From Octopus vulgaris (Eukaryota): DNA of 64,000 nt. The position numbers and the translations under genes are program-made. The notes below the pieces were generated by a model, which was not told where the DNA came from, did no database searches, and was given only the letters and a program-made list of their open reading frames with translations. Numbering within the stretch: position 1 is the first letter of the stretch; each line of letters starts with the position of its first letter. The DNA is taken from contig OX597819.1 of the NCBI GenBank assembly GCA_951406725.2, forward strand, positions 15,996,001-16,060,000. The letters run 5' to 3'. Positions 13,314 through 27,887 of the stretch are shown here, piece after piece.

Positions 13314-13660
13314 GTGGCTAGGGCAGCGGACTCGCTGTCGTAGGATCGTGGTTTCGATTCCCACACCGGGCCTTGTGAATATTTATTGAGCGAAAACACG
13401 ATCTCCGGCAGGGGGTTGGTGGCGAACTCTGCTGTATTCTTTCACCACAACTTTCTCTCACACTTCCTGTTTCTCTTGTACCTGTATTTCAAAGGGCCAA
13501 CCTTGTCACACTCTGTGTCACACTGAATCTCCCCAACAACTACATTAAGGGTACACGCGTCTGTGGAGTGCTCAGCCACTTACACGTTAATTTCACCAGC
13601 AGGCTGTTCTGTTGATCGGATCAACTGGAACCCTCGTCGTCGCAACCGACGGAGTGCCAT
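13314..13660 (+). mobile_element. tRNA-derived SINE family C
   Basis: Matches the reverse complement of 28646-29028; B box GTTTCGATTCC. Confidence 0.85.
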
Positions 13661-13749
13661 GATTGCAAATGATAGTAAAATAGTGGAAAATGCTTTAAAA
13701 ATATTACAAAATAGACTAAAATCCTGAAAACGTAAACCATTGCAAAATA

Positions 13750-13895
13750 TATCTTTTACCTTTTATATGTTTCAGTCATCGGAGTACGGCCATGCTATAG
13801 CACCGCATTGAAGATATTTTTGTCGAACAAACCAACCCCCGGTACTTAGAGTTTTTAAAAAAATCTGGTACTTATTGTGTCAGTCTCTTTTGTCG
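13750..13895 (-). mobile_element. SINE family A, 3' fragment
   Basis: GTTTCAGTCAT..GGCCATGCT..GCACCGC. Confidence 0.7.
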
Positions 13896-14391
13896 ATAAA
13901 CAATATTAAAAAAGAGAAATGAAAATATCTCGGCTAAACGTTAACAAAATTGACGAACATTGCAAAAGATAATTGAACTTTGTAAATCAATGGAAAATAT
14001 TGAAAAACACGAAAGCAGATGAAAGATGTGGAGACAGACAGAGAAAAACCGAGCAAGACATTGAAAAATATTGGAAAAGGGTAAAATATTGCACGTAAAA
14101 GCAATATGTTGGAAATCATTGCAAAGTATAGCTAAACAGGAAGAAATATTGTGGCAATCTTTCAGAATAGAGAAAAAGCATAGAAAACAGAAAACTATTG
14201 AAAAACATTGAAAAATAATTTTAAATCGTTGAAAATCATTATAATGCTTATCAAAACGAGGTAAAACATTGCAAAGCAAAGCAGAGAATATTTGCGAAAT
14301 ATCGCAAAATAGAATGACGTTGCAAAGTGTTGCGAAATATTTCAAAACATAATACACACATACAGTTCTATATTTAAGAGCTAAGGAACTA

Positions 14392-15076
14392 TTTACATTA
14401 TTTACATTATTTGCATTATTTACATTTGACGGAGATATTGATAATTCGGGTATAGCTGATAATGAATGGAAAAATGGAGACCATCTCCTTCCTGTGGGAT
14501 GAAGTTAAAATAACAGACAGAGAACACCACAGCAAAATACGAAAACTAAAAGAAGCAGCACATATGCTAGGACACAACAGCCTCCTAAGCAGTCCGAGTG
14601 CAGATATGAGTAGCATATGGGAACCGGTATTAAGGAAGGATAGGAAATTATTAGATTTATAATCCCTAAAATTCACTCCATAATTGTCCATAGGCATATG
14701 GCGTAGCAGACTACTAACCCCCAAGATACCGAGTTCGATTCCAAGCAGTGACCTGAATAATAATAGTAATCATATCTATAAAAGGGAGGATGTGTGTGCG
14801 CGTGTGTGTGTACGTTATTGTAATTTATGCATATCCACAAATTAGCACGCATGTCGCTCAAATTTTAGGACATTTGTCAACATCCTATCTGGGCTTTGTC
14901 AACTTATTTTTTTCCCCGAGGCACCCGCGGATAGGGTAAAAATCTATTTTCAACCATTTTCAACCATAGCTTTTAGCCATAACAAATATCAGCCATTGCT
15001 TTTTGATGGCGTCTAACAAAAAAATAAGATAAAGAAAAGGGGAAGAAGGAGGCAGAGAGTTTCACGGGAAAGACAA

Positions 15077-15122
<46 letters not shown>

Positions 15123-15504
15123 AGTGACTACGTTCATAAAAAATAAAAGGTAAAATGTTTTGTTTTTTGTTTTTGAAAGGCACACTATATTTTATAATCA
15201 TAGTATATATACTTTCTCACACAACAATTACAATATATTTATTTTAAATCATTTATTTATTTTAAATCGTCCATCTTTCTCCCCCCCTCTCTCTCACACT
15301 TTGGGTGCGAAAGAGTTTTGTTTTTATTTTACGCCGAATAAAAAAGTGTTTTGATGACAATCCATTGATTTAACAACAAAGAAACAAAGAGGCGATTAAC
15401 AATTTGTCAGTGAATTACACAATATAAATGGGTACAATTTGCCAGGCTTGCCCATATATATTTATATTATATTATATATATTTAATATGTATAATATATA
15501 TATA

Positions 15505-15545
<41 letters not shown>

Positions 15546-15826
15546 ATAACTAATTTCAACGGATTTCGCCCAAATTTGACGTCTATATTACTTAGTTTGG
15601 TTTGAAATAAAGAACTTGATTAGCTTAATAATCGTAACTTAATCCCGGGCAAGGCCGGGTTATACTGCTAGTAATAATAATATCGAAAAATACGTTAGGA
15701 ATGAGAACCGAAGGTTCGAAATTTCCCTAAGACACCCGATGAAGACTGGAGAGTATATCAGTCAAAACGTTGTGTTAACAACAAACAAGAGGAAGACAAA
15801 TATCCGTCAACTTTAAATAATGTATA
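14392..15826 (+). mobile_element. 5'-truncated Penelope-like element: inverted pLTR tip + GIY-YIG C-terminus + pLTR (tRNA-like head, AAT, HHR), split by a Helitron
   Basis: ORF 14462-14662 LWDEVKITDREHHSKIRKLKEAAHM resembles a PLE endonuclease C-terminus; 14392-14438 is the reverse complement of the end at ~15798-15826; 14690-14769 plus 15672-15826 match 54722-55115. Confidence 0.75.
14770..15671 (+). mobile_element. Non-autonomous Helitron-like element
   Basis: A|TC 5' end, subterminal hairpin CCCGG-GCAAGG-CCGGG (15644-15659), CTAG|T 3' end, no TSD. Confidence 0.85.
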
Positions 15827-16029
15827 AGACGCAAACATTGCCAAATATTACGAACCAGAAAGAAGAAACAGGAGAAGAGAGTGCAAAAAAAAAAAGAGCA
15901 TAAAATACTTAGGGAAAATGTTGTAAAGCCTCAGTAATACTTTGGAGACTGGCGCAGACATAGCGATGCGGTTAAGAAGCGCATTTTACAAACACATCTT
16001 TTCGTAGACGGAACCTACGTGGAAGCCCG

Positions 16030-16060
<31 letters not shown>

Positions 16061-16066
16061 CATACA

Positions 16067-16132
<66 letters not shown>

Positions 16133-16234
16133 CACACATACACATATATATATATACGCATATATATATATACGCATATATATATATTATTTATTTTAAT
16201 ATTTGATTGAACGCCACGCATCCATTTCCAAGTA

Positions 16235-16276
<42 letters not shown>

Positions 16277-16977
16277 TATGCACATATATATATATATATA
16301 GGTATACATATTTATATATACACATTTTTATACATGTATATATGTACATATGCATATATATGCATACGTGTGCGAGGGCTCACATATGCCAGTGAGTGGG
16401 TGTGTATGTGTGTGTATGTGTGTGTATGACATAGACAAAAACGAGATGACACCTGCACACCGACACAATCGGTCAGGTTGCTTTGATGTATGTCAGTAAC
16501 AGTACTCACACACAGTGACACACGCACACACACACACATATACACACTGACGCACACACGCACACACATTCGTTGCCACACACACACATACGCATTGTAC
16601 TGTCGAGACTAAACATTTCTACTTCTCACACGCTTCGCACACCTCCCCCTTCTTACCTTCTCCTTCTTCCCTTCCCCTCTCCCACTTTCTCTCACCTCCC
16701 CCTCTTCTTCATTCCATTCTATGCATATTTATGCGTAGAACCACATATAAACGCACACGCACACATATCTCCATACCTACACTGTGTACATATGTATGTC
16801 TGCATGCAAATATGCATGCATATATAACTATATATATTTTATGCGCGTGAGTCTATGTGTATACATATATACATACATTACACACACACACACGTGTGTG
16901 CATAAACATATATATATCTACACGTATATATATATATGTATCAACATTCATACATACATATATACATGCATACATAT

Positions 16978-17044
<67 letters not shown>

Positions 17045-17078
17045 TATATATGAATGTGCATATATATATATGAATGTG

Positions 17079-17115
<37 letters not shown>

Positions 17116-17169
17116 GATATATACACATATTTTGAGTTCTATTTTCCTACTTGCATCAACATACCTGTG

Positions 17170-17227
<58 letters not shown>

Positions 17228-17295
17228 TATATATATAATTAGATATATACACATATTTTGAGTTCTATTTTCCTACTTGCATCAACATACCTGTG

Positions 17296-17387
<92 letters not shown>

Positions 17388-17739
17388 TATACTTACATAT
17401 ATACATACATATATATACATATACACACATACATATATATGTATATACACCATGTATTATACTTTGGAGCTGTGTACTTTATTATCACTGTTACATGACC
17501 GAAGACTTGATCTTAGGTCGCATTTACACCCTCTCCTTTGTTAGAGATAATTTTTTCTTTAATTTTTGGTCTTTAAGGCTAAAAACTGAGCTTCATGTGC
17601 ATCTCCTTGTTCCCCCTTTATAATGTTTAACGTCGAAGAAAAGATAATACAAATTAATATTATAGTGCACATATTCGTCATTTATATACAGAAGAACGTC
17701 GGTTTTCGCACTACTCTGGTCGCGAATAAATCATACCTC

Positions 17740-17810
<71 letters not shown>

Positions 17811-17868
17811 AACAGACAGACAGAGACAGAGATAGATAGATAGATATAGATATAGATATTGATATAAA

Positions 17869-18030
17869 GGCGCAGGAGTGGCTGTGTGGTAAGTAGCTTG
17901 CTTACCAGCCACATGGTTCCGGCTTCAGTCCCACTGCGTGGTACCTTGGGCAAGTGCCTTCTACTATAGCCTCGGGCCAACCAAAGCCTTGTGGGTGGAT
18001 TTAGTAGACGGAAACTAAAAGAAGCCTGTC

Positions 18031-18104
<74 letters not shown>

Positions 18105-18328
18105 ACGTGTGTGTATATGTTTGTGTGTTTGTGTTTGTCCCCCGACATCGCTTGACAACCGATGCTGGGTTGTTTACGTTCCCGTAACTTAGCGGTTCAG
18201 CAAAAGAGACCAATAAAATAAGCACTAGGCTTACAAAGAATAAGTCCAGGGGTTGATTTCTTCGACTAAAGCTGGTGCTCCAGCATGGCTGCAGTGAAAT
18301 GACTGAAACAAGTAAAAGAGTAAAGAGT
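17869..18328 (+). mobile_element. SINE family A, full length
   Basis: Aligns end to end with 6189-6583. Confidence 0.9.
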
Positions 18329-18695
18329 ATATTTAAATCAATTCGTGATCAGAGGCGTGCGTGAGCCGAGGTACTACTGTATTAAATGAATATGAGAAAG
18401 ACAGGAGATGAAGTACGATTTATTCGTGATCAGAGTCGTTCGAAAACCGAGGTACTACTGTAATGTAAGTACTTTTCAAACATCTGAATAACTTTTAAGC
18501 ACGCGACGCAACTTAAGGATGACCAATAAATATCAGATGATTATATCACGCAAAATACCTCCAGATTATCAGGTACCTATCTATAAATATCACAATAAAT
18601 AGTGAAACAAAACATAGTAGAATAAATCGTTCTGACTAAGAAAGACAAGGGCAGTTCTGCAATGGGTTTGAAGGCACGCCCTTTGACACTGTCAT

Positions 18696-18789
<94 letters not shown>

Positions 18790-18929
18790 TACATACACAT
18801 ACACACACACACACATATATATATATATACACATATACATACATATGTACACATATACACACACACATATATAAATACACATATACATACATACATACAT
18901 ACATACACACACACATATATATATATATA

Positions 18930-19158
18930 TTTCTTTACTACCCACAAGGGGTTAAACACAGAGGAGACAAACAAGGACAGACAAAGGGATTAAGTCGATT
19001 ACATCGACCCCAGTGCGTAACTGGTACTTTATTTATCGACCCCGGAAGGATGAAAGGCAAAGTCGACCTCGGCGGAATTTGAATTCGGAACGTAACGGCA
19101 GACGAAATATGGCAACGCATTTCGCCCGGCGTGCTAACGTTTCTGCCAGCTCGCCGCC
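18930..19158 (-). mobile_element. SINE family B (tail 1)
   Basis: Full head to GTAGTAAAGAAAT tail, in (TA)n context. Confidence 0.9.
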
Positions 19159-19169
19159 TTGTATATATA

Positions 19170-19410
19170 TATTGTGAGAATTTACAAAAAAAAAAAAAAA
19201 ACAACAAAAGACGAAGACGGGTGTATAAACGACAAACAGATGTATTAGTTTAATGCTGGGGAAGTGAGAAAGTCTTTTACGTTTCGAGCCTACGTTCTTC
19301 GACAGCAAGGAACACAGAAATAAACAGAGAGAAAATAGAAAAGGTTTAGTGGCTAGCGATCTATCATGGCGAATGTCAGACAGAAGGGTCACACAGGAGA
19401 GCTAGGAAGA
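19170..19410 (-). mobile_element. HHR-bearing short element, family H1
   Basis: Minus strand CTGTCGA A GAAC GTAG GCTC GAAA CGTA AAAG at 19274-19309. Confidence 0.7.
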
Positions 19411-20989
19411 AGTACACACACATACATACACACACATATATATATATACACACGCACACACACACATCTATAACATATATATATTATGTTAATATATGTT
19501 ATGTTACAATATATGCGCTGTTATATATTATGCTACAATAGATATTATGTTGATATGTATTATGTTTCCCACTCAGTTTTTAGATTTTAAATACCTCTAG
19601 ACGAAATGTTTGACTAAAAAATGTGTGGAAAATCTCAGTGTTGTGTTCTGTAAAGATCCACTACACTCAGATGAATATGAGTACGAATAGCGCCGGGTTC
19701 GAGTAGAGCTGGAGGTTAATCCTACGGAAGCCGTATGTCCTCGAAAATCTGAGTAACTCGGGCCTCATGAACTTGTAGGCTTGACCTCCTCATCAGACCC
19801 TTATGAACCTGCATGTTCGATGTAGAATATGGATATTTACAAATTCTTTCTGAAATATTTACTAATTCTTCCTCAAATCCAATCCCTTATTGTCTGACAA
19901 CAGGGAAAGACAAATCGGAAAATATTCACATCTGATGTCTCTTGGCCATATATCTGCTTGACCAGGTTTAGCCAAAGGAAAAAAAAGACCTCTGACGAGC
20001 TAGATCGAAATCTGTCCTTTCCTTTCACCATTTGCCTTCACTCAATATGGTCTATATTTTTCGGTCAACTGATCCCTTTTTTTTTTCATGTCTACTGATT
20101 ATTTGGATAATCTCAGTTGTTTGACATTTTCCAACTCACTATATTGCAGAAGGGAAGCCCTACTGTAGTTACTCCTAGATGGACTGGTCCATCTGAGAAC
20201 TGGCTGCCTTCGCCCTCGGCAATTCACTGCAGTTGCAACGTTGACATAGTTGGAATTTTGTGACATATGCCAAAATTGTAAATACAGAAAAAATGATAAC
20301 TAAACTGAAATCAGTTATAAGGGTTAAGTTACCCAAGGAGGTGTATGGTGAAAATGTGAAAGCAATTTTAATCGACAAGGAAAAATATAGCAAGTTGAAG
20401 GGAAAATGTCAAGTTGAACCACCAGGATTCGTGGTGGAGTTCGATGAACTACCGCCAGTAATAGAACTAAGTGAAATAGAACCATATATAAAAGAGAGAG
20501 TTAATTGTTGTTTTTTTTTTAAAAAAAGGAGGTGGAAAAGGAGAAAAAAAAGAGTAAACAAAATGATGCTAATAGTAAAAAATCACCGAAAAAGAGAAAT
20601 ATTATAAACTGGAAGTAAGAACGTTCAAATGGCACCGCATGTAAGTGGGGCGCATGCAGCCATTTCATCACCATCGGTTTCATTGTACATTTTTCCATTT
20701 TTCATTCGTTTTATGTTTTTTGTCCCCATTGTTCTGCTCTGTCTGTCCTTGCATCGTCCCCATCTGTGTATGAGCCTGAATGCTCAAATAATGAAGGAAG
20801 TTGCAACGTTGACAATAAATAAACCAACAGATTAGTTTTCCAATGGTCGCCCCGTGGTTGCTTGGATTATCACAAAATCGCTACAAAATATAAGTGAGCA
20901 ACCGTCAGTAGATTCGATACTTGACAACTCTCATCATTCTGAGACAATTCTAGAAGAGTTGCGTTGAAAGGTTATGAAACTGCCCCAGT

Positions 20990-21230
20990 GAACTAACCAA
21001 CTACACAACCACTCGATCCAAACCCCATGTATCTTTGCCTTATCTCATCTCACTGCCCACCACACACAGAGTTAACCACTTTATCCAATACTCTTCACAG
21101 AATCGTCTTCTCCAGGAATTATCTTCCTACTCTCACCGTAGACTTACAGATGTTCAAACCGGAAGCGTATCACATATCGTACGCAAAACTCTTTCAGTTT
21201 AATATCACTACTCAAACAATACATACCGAA
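20990..21230 (+). mobile_element. Possible very old PLE RT-thumb remnant
   Basis: YLCLISSHCPPHT..LHRI resembles YL..sScHP.H...LRI of PLEs. Confidence 0.4.
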
Positions 21231-21666
21231 TAACCATCATCATCATCATCAAATGATTTGACTGGGGGGTGATTGTGTGGCCCGTACGCAGCACATATTC
21301 TGGGGTACAATCGTCAACACAGCGTGTAACACATGACATAGCGTACAGACTACAAAAGCGTTACCCAATAAAATAGTACAAGACATATTCTTATACAAAT
21401 GATAGCCGACTCACCAGACTTAAATTGTACACAGATGTCGCCCATTAATAGAATACAATCTTGTCAGCTCAGACTCTACGCAATCACATAACACTTCACG
21501 TCGTCTCATATATAAAAGTCGACACCCAACGAAATAATCCATCTCACATCACACAAATCCGACACAACAAAAGAATGACTAAAACAACGCTAGGAACAAT
21601 TAAATAGAGCAGACGAACCCTGAACTAAATCCCTCAAATACACATACACACATATACACACGCATG

Positions 21667-21733
<67 letters not shown>

Positions 21734-21861
21734 CACGCACATACACATCTCAGGAACGCGGTGATGCAGTAGAAAATTGCATAAAAGTGCTGAAAACATC
21801 ATGTTGACGATGGTAATAACGGTGATGATAGTAATAGTAATAACAACAATAATAATAATGA

Positions 21862-22995
21862 TAATCCTTTCTACTACAAGCACAAAGCCTGAAATGTACG
21901 GGGAGGAGGTAAGTCGATCGCATCGACCCCAGTGTCTCACTGGTACTTATTTAATCGACCACCGAAAGGGTGAAAGGCAAAGTCAACCTCGGCGGAATTT
22001 GAACTTAGAACGTCGTGGTGGACAAAATACCTATTTCTTTACTGCCCACAAGGGGCTAAACACAGAGAGGACAAATAAGGACAGACAAACGGATAAAGTC
22101 GATTAGATCAACCCCAGTGCGTAACTGGTACTTATTTAATCGACCCCGAAAGGATGAAAGGCAAAATCGACCTCGGCGGAATTTGAACTTAGAACGTCGC
22201 GGTGGACAAAATACCTATTTCTTTACTACCCACAAGGGGCTAAACACAGAGAGGACAAATAAGGACAGACAAACGGATAAAGTCGATTAGATCAACCCCA
22301 GTGCGTAACTGGTACTTATTTAATCGACCACCGAAAGGGTGAAAGGCAAAGTCAACCTCGGCGGAATTTGAACTTAGAACGTCGCGGTGGACAAAATACC
22401 TATTTCTTTACTACCCACAAGGGGCTAAACACAGAGAGGACAAAATAAGGACAGACAAACGGATAAAGTCGATTAGATCAACCCCAGTGCGTAACTGGTA
22501 CTTATTTAATCGACCCCGAAAGGATGAAAGGCAAAGTCAACCTCGGCGGAAATTTGAACGTAGAACGTCGCGGTGGACAAAATACCTATTTCTTTACTAC
22601 CCACAAGGGGCTAAACACAGAGAGGACAAAATAAGGACAGACAAACGGATAAAGTCGATTAGATCGACCCCAGTGCGTAACTGGTACTTATTTAATCGAC
22701 CCCGAAAGGATGAAAGGCAAAGTCAACCTCGGCGGAAATTTGAACGTAGAACGTCGCGGTGGACAAAATACCTATTTCTTTACTACCCACAAGGGGCTAA
22801 ACACAGAGAGGACAAATAAGGACAGACAAACGGATAAAGTCGATTAGATCGACCCCAGTGCGTAACTGGTACTTATTTAATCGACCCCGAAAGGATGAAA
22901 GGCAAAATCGACCTCGGCGGAATTTGAACTCAGAACGTCGCGGTGGACAAAATACCGCTAAGCATTGCCGCCGGCGTGCTAACAATTTTGCCAAA
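21862..22995 (-). repeat. Tandem array of ~185-bp SINE-B internal units (6 bodies)
   Basis: ATC(G/A)ACCCCAGTG recurs at 21922, 22107, 22291, 22477, 22663 and 22848. Confidence 0.95.
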
Positions 22996-23184
22996 GAAGA
23001 ATTTCTTTTGACTGCCACCAGAGTGAATGATGAGAGGGACAATACAAGGACAGACAAAATGTTTGGGTTTGCATTCATAAAAAACATGGATGTACACACG
23101 GTGTGTAATAAAACGGAGAATGGGAAAAATGGATGATAGCGTTATGGTTCTCCGAATACAAGAATGGAAAAAATGGATGATAAA

Positions 23185-23358
23185 AGGGATTAAGTCGAGT
23201 ACATCGACCCAGTGCATAACTGGTACTTATTCAATCGGCCCCGAAAGGATGAAAGGCAAAGTCGACCTCGGCGGAATTTGAACTCAGAACGTAACGGCAG
23301 ACGAAATACAGCTAAGCATTTCGCCCTGCGTGCTAACAATTCTGCTTGCTCACCACCC
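23185..23358 (-). mobile_element. SINE family B (tail missing)
   Basis: Head and body match family B. Confidence 0.85.
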
Positions 23359-23879
23359 TAATATATATTGCTAAAGTGGAATATTCACCGATCATCACAT
23401 TGACCAACTGGTAGAAGTCTGTAAGCGTCTGACGATACTCTAGGTGCCAGGAGCCCAGTCTTTCCTTTCCCCAGTACTGCAGAAATACGTGTCTCATAAA
23501 CAGAGCCAATACATGTTTACCGTTTAGAAATCGTTGCAGATGACAACCTGAGAGCGTGTCTGCGCGTCAGAAGCCACTGCATACCTAAGCTGCCATGCAG
23601 AGGGTATTGGCAATAGACTGATCACCTGACCATTGGAACGTGTTCCTTCCACAAGAAAGTAAATAAGAGATTCTCCAGCCTGATCAAACCAGGGCAGGAG
23701 ACGATGGTCAGGCGATAAATAGCGACGGGGGTGATGTAGGCAGTCACCACTTCTGCCCGACCTTTCAGGCACAGCTTCTCAGCTCATTTCTGAGTAAGAC
23801 TGGCCGCCCTGTTCGTCACCTCGACCCAGTTTCTATTCACCTGGGAGTCGGGACCAAGTAAATCAATGTATCGTATTTA

Positions 23880-24250
23880 GTAAGAAATTATTGCTGTTAC
23901 TCAGTGAGTACATAAATGACAGCACTACCTCGTAGAAAGACGGTCTAACCTTATTACATACCGACAAAGTGTCCAATTTAGGCTTCATAAATCTTGTAAA
24001 TGCGAAATGAAGAATGACAAAAACGTTTTGACATATCAGCGTGAAAAAGAAAATATATGCGCTGATATCTTGTCTCGATCTATTCTGTTGAACGAAAATA
24101 TAATTTTCTTCAAAATATTCATGAAGAATTGTGTCATCCAGGTGTGAGCAGACTGTTGCATAATGTAAAGGTAAAAACCTTCAATTTTCTATTAATGATA
24201 TTCATAAAATCTCTAATGCCTGCCGTATTTGCTCCGAAATAAATTTACGT
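23880..24250 (+). mobile_element. Ty3/Gypsy pol remnant (RNase H end + integrase HHCC finger)
   Basis: HYLVERRSNLIT..KNDK..KENICADILSR, then IHEELCHPGVSRLLH..NACRICSEI, with frameshifts. Confidence 0.75.
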
Positions 24251-25041
24251 TTTTTTTCTTTTCTATTAACACTTGTAAAATCATTTAAGGAAATAGAAAT
24301 GTTTACAAAGAAATTGAACGAATCTCATTGAATTTTTGTGCAACATGCTTTCGTGGCGGCAGTTCATAACTCTTCTCGTTAATCTGTTAATATTCTCTCA
24401 ACTAATATTCTGTCTCAACCCCATGGCTGATATCTCAAAAGACTTTTCATTAGAATGATACAATCCATCGCCATATGATGGCTATTCTTGTTTAGCTCAC
24501 TCAAAATGGAACTCTTGGTTTTATCCACATTAATAGAGAAAGGGGCTTAATTTGTGTCAAGAGAAGGGTAAAATCCTCCAAATCAATAAAGAACTGTGTA
24601 AAGCAGAAACTTTTTCCAAATCATGGAACCACACAGATTTTGGTTTGCAAAGCGTTCATTATACTGCACACGTAAATACGTATATACGTATACACACATA
24701 CATACATACATACATACATACATACATACATACATACATACATACATACATACATGTCTAACGCATACGTACATACATACATATGTATGTACGTCAGACG
24801 AAGGCTAGCAAGCCGAAACTTCGAAGTCCCTGTCACCCCTCTTCTTGTAATAGTATAATAGATATATACTCTACAAAAAGTATTGAGTAATTTTTCGGTT
24901 TAATGTTAAATTGTTTTTATCGTAACTCGACATAAAAACATACATACATACATACATACATACATACATACATACATACATACATACATACATTCAAGCG
25001 TACACACACACACATACATAAGTGATCAATTTGTTGAAGTA

Positions 25042-25410
25042 GACGCAGGAATGGCTGCGTGGTAAGTAGCTTGCTTAGCAAGAACATGGTTCCGTTTTCA
25101 GTCCCACTGCGTGACAACTTGGGTGGGTGTCTTCTGGTGTGTTCTTGGGCCGACCAAGGTCTTGTGAATGGATTTGGTAGGCGGAAACTGAAAGAAGCCC
25201 GTCGTGTATATATATGTATGTGTGTATATGTTTGTGTGTGTGTTTGTCCCCTCACCATCGCTTGACAACCGATGCTGGTGTATTTACATGCCCGTCACTT
25301 AGCGGTTCGGCAAAGGAGACCGATAGAATAAGTACTAGGCTTACAATTTGTTCGACTAAAGGCGGTGCTTCAGCATGGTCGCAGTCAAATGACTGAGACA
25401 AATAAAAGAA
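25042..25410 (+). mobile_element. SINE family A
   Basis: Aligns with 6189-6583, with a small internal deletion. Confidence 0.9.
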
Positions 25411-25529
25411 TATTGAAATGTATTGAGAAATTCTCTTACATGCAATCAACAACGGGGAATTTATCCAAAGATAAAGATCTGGGAATTAAGATAACCAAGA
25501 TGTGGGGAGTGGAAAGAGAAATAATTTAA

Positions 25530-25740
25530 TGGTTTCTGTCTTAAGAACCAGGCCAACTTTTGAGGGAAAGGATTTAATCAATACCATCGATCTCAGTACT
25601 TGACGGGGACTTTATGTTATTGGGTCGAAAATGATGGAAGACAAATGTGACTTCGGTGGAATTTGAACTCAGAACGTAAAGTGCTGTGACAATTAGCACA
25701 AAGCAATTTTTCTGATGCTCTAAGAATTTTGCTGACTTAA
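25530..25740 (-). mobile_element. SINE family B, old diverged copy (tail-2 type)
   Basis: GGAATTTGAACTCAGAACGTAAA and a GGCCTGGTTC tail. Confidence 0.7.
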
Positions 25741-25939
25741 CAATGATTAGGTGGATTAGGAATGATTAGAATAGACTGCGATGAATACAAGGGCACTCAG
25801 CACAGAGACAATATCACTGTTAGAAACATATTATGCAGAGTATATACAACACAATGGGAAATCGAAAGCCAAAAGTATAACACAACTGGGAACCAAGCCT
25901 ATTCAGAACGGCTCTCAGTTGTGCATTGAAAGTACGCAA

Positions 25940-26450
<511 letters not shown>

Positions 26451-27632
26451 CTCAGGTGTGGTCGCCGTTTGTGAAGCACGCATTCCCGCAACTCGTCTCC
26501 ATGACCGAACTGCAGTCGTGGATCAAAAAGAGGCAGAGGAAGGGCGAATGGCACCGCGAGTGTCGCGTTGCTCTCAAGCAACTCTGCCGTCCCGGGTCGA
26601 CCTTGAGTGACTTCAACACAACCAAAGCATTCTATAGGGGATTAGTGGAGGGGAGGTACGACGACGATCTCGGGGCAAACCTGGGCGTCGACGAGGAATA
26701 CCTGACCCGCCTGTTTCAAACGACTTTCGGCCCGACCTATGGACAACTTCCAGAGATCCCTGGCCTGGCGGTGCTACCGAGAAGCGCTACCCGTTCGGGA
26801 TAAGCTCTATAGGCATGGCTCGAGAAACACGGGGCCGACCTGCCCGAGATGCGGTCAGAGCGACGAAACCGCTCTGCACGCAATCGTGCAGTGTCCAGCA
26901 ATTTCCGACCTGTGGGCTTATGTCAAACGACTGCTGTCACGTGTGGGACGTGTCGGTTTATCAGCCGAGTCTATCGTTAATATTGTCACGCCTCCTTCCT
27001 TCAAACGGGAAGGAAGAGCTATTTTTATCATACTTGTGGCTATGGCGAAAGAATGTATCTGGTGGACGCGCCTGAAAGGATTAGAGACAAACACTTTCCT
27101 CTCTGGTCAATCTCTCATCAACTTCTTCAAGTATCACTTGAAGAGGAAAGTGAGAGTAGAAAGGCAAGTTTTGTCTAGTGAATGTTTAAAAAAAATGGGT
27201 GAATGTAGCAAGGATGGCACGTATGAATGACGAAGCCACCTTGACTATGATTCTATGAACCGTAAAAAATTAATACAGAGAGTTGCTTATTTGCAAAAAA
27301 AAAAAAAAGAAATATAACATGTGACTTCATTGACCGAGGTTACCGTGGTCTTTTCCGTAGGCTTTTCTTTCCACGGGTAAACCTCACCTGTCCTCCCCTT
27401 TACACTTCATATTGACATATCTGTGATTACGATCCCTATTGATCAACTTTTTTTTTCCTCTCCCCTTTTCTCCCCCCCCTTTTTTAAATCCTCCCCTTTT
27501 TTTGTCCTCTTTCTTTCCTTTTACGATCCCTTTTGATCGAAAACCAACACCCTTTTTTTTACCCCCAAAAGAAAAGCTCTACCTTGTAATTTGTTCTGTC
27601 TGTGTGTAGCCTTGTGTGGCTAATAAAGAAAC
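26451..27632 (+). mobile_element. 5'-truncated Tx1/L1-clade LINE (ORF2 C-terminal zinc finger + 3' UTR)
   Basis: LAWRCYREALPVRDKL..CPRCGQSDETALHAIVQCPAISDLW = zf-RVT-type CCHC; (CTAT)n on both sides. Confidence 0.85.
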
Positions 27633-27715
27633 ATATCTATCTATCTGTCTGTCTGTCTGTCTGTCTGTGTGTCTGTCTGTCTGTCTGTCTGTCTATCTGT
27701 CTGTGTGTCTGTCTG

Positions 27716-27778
<63 letters not shown>

Positions 27779-27779
27779 C

Positions 27780-27887
<108 letters not shown>

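Noticed and set aside
19988-20020. HHR core CTGACGAG..CGAAA..GTC
   Set aside because: Core letters are present but stem II has only one pair and stem I is out of register.
21862-22995. CRISPR-like regular repeat
   Set aside because: No unique spacers; units are whole 185-bp SINE segments in a eukaryotic context.
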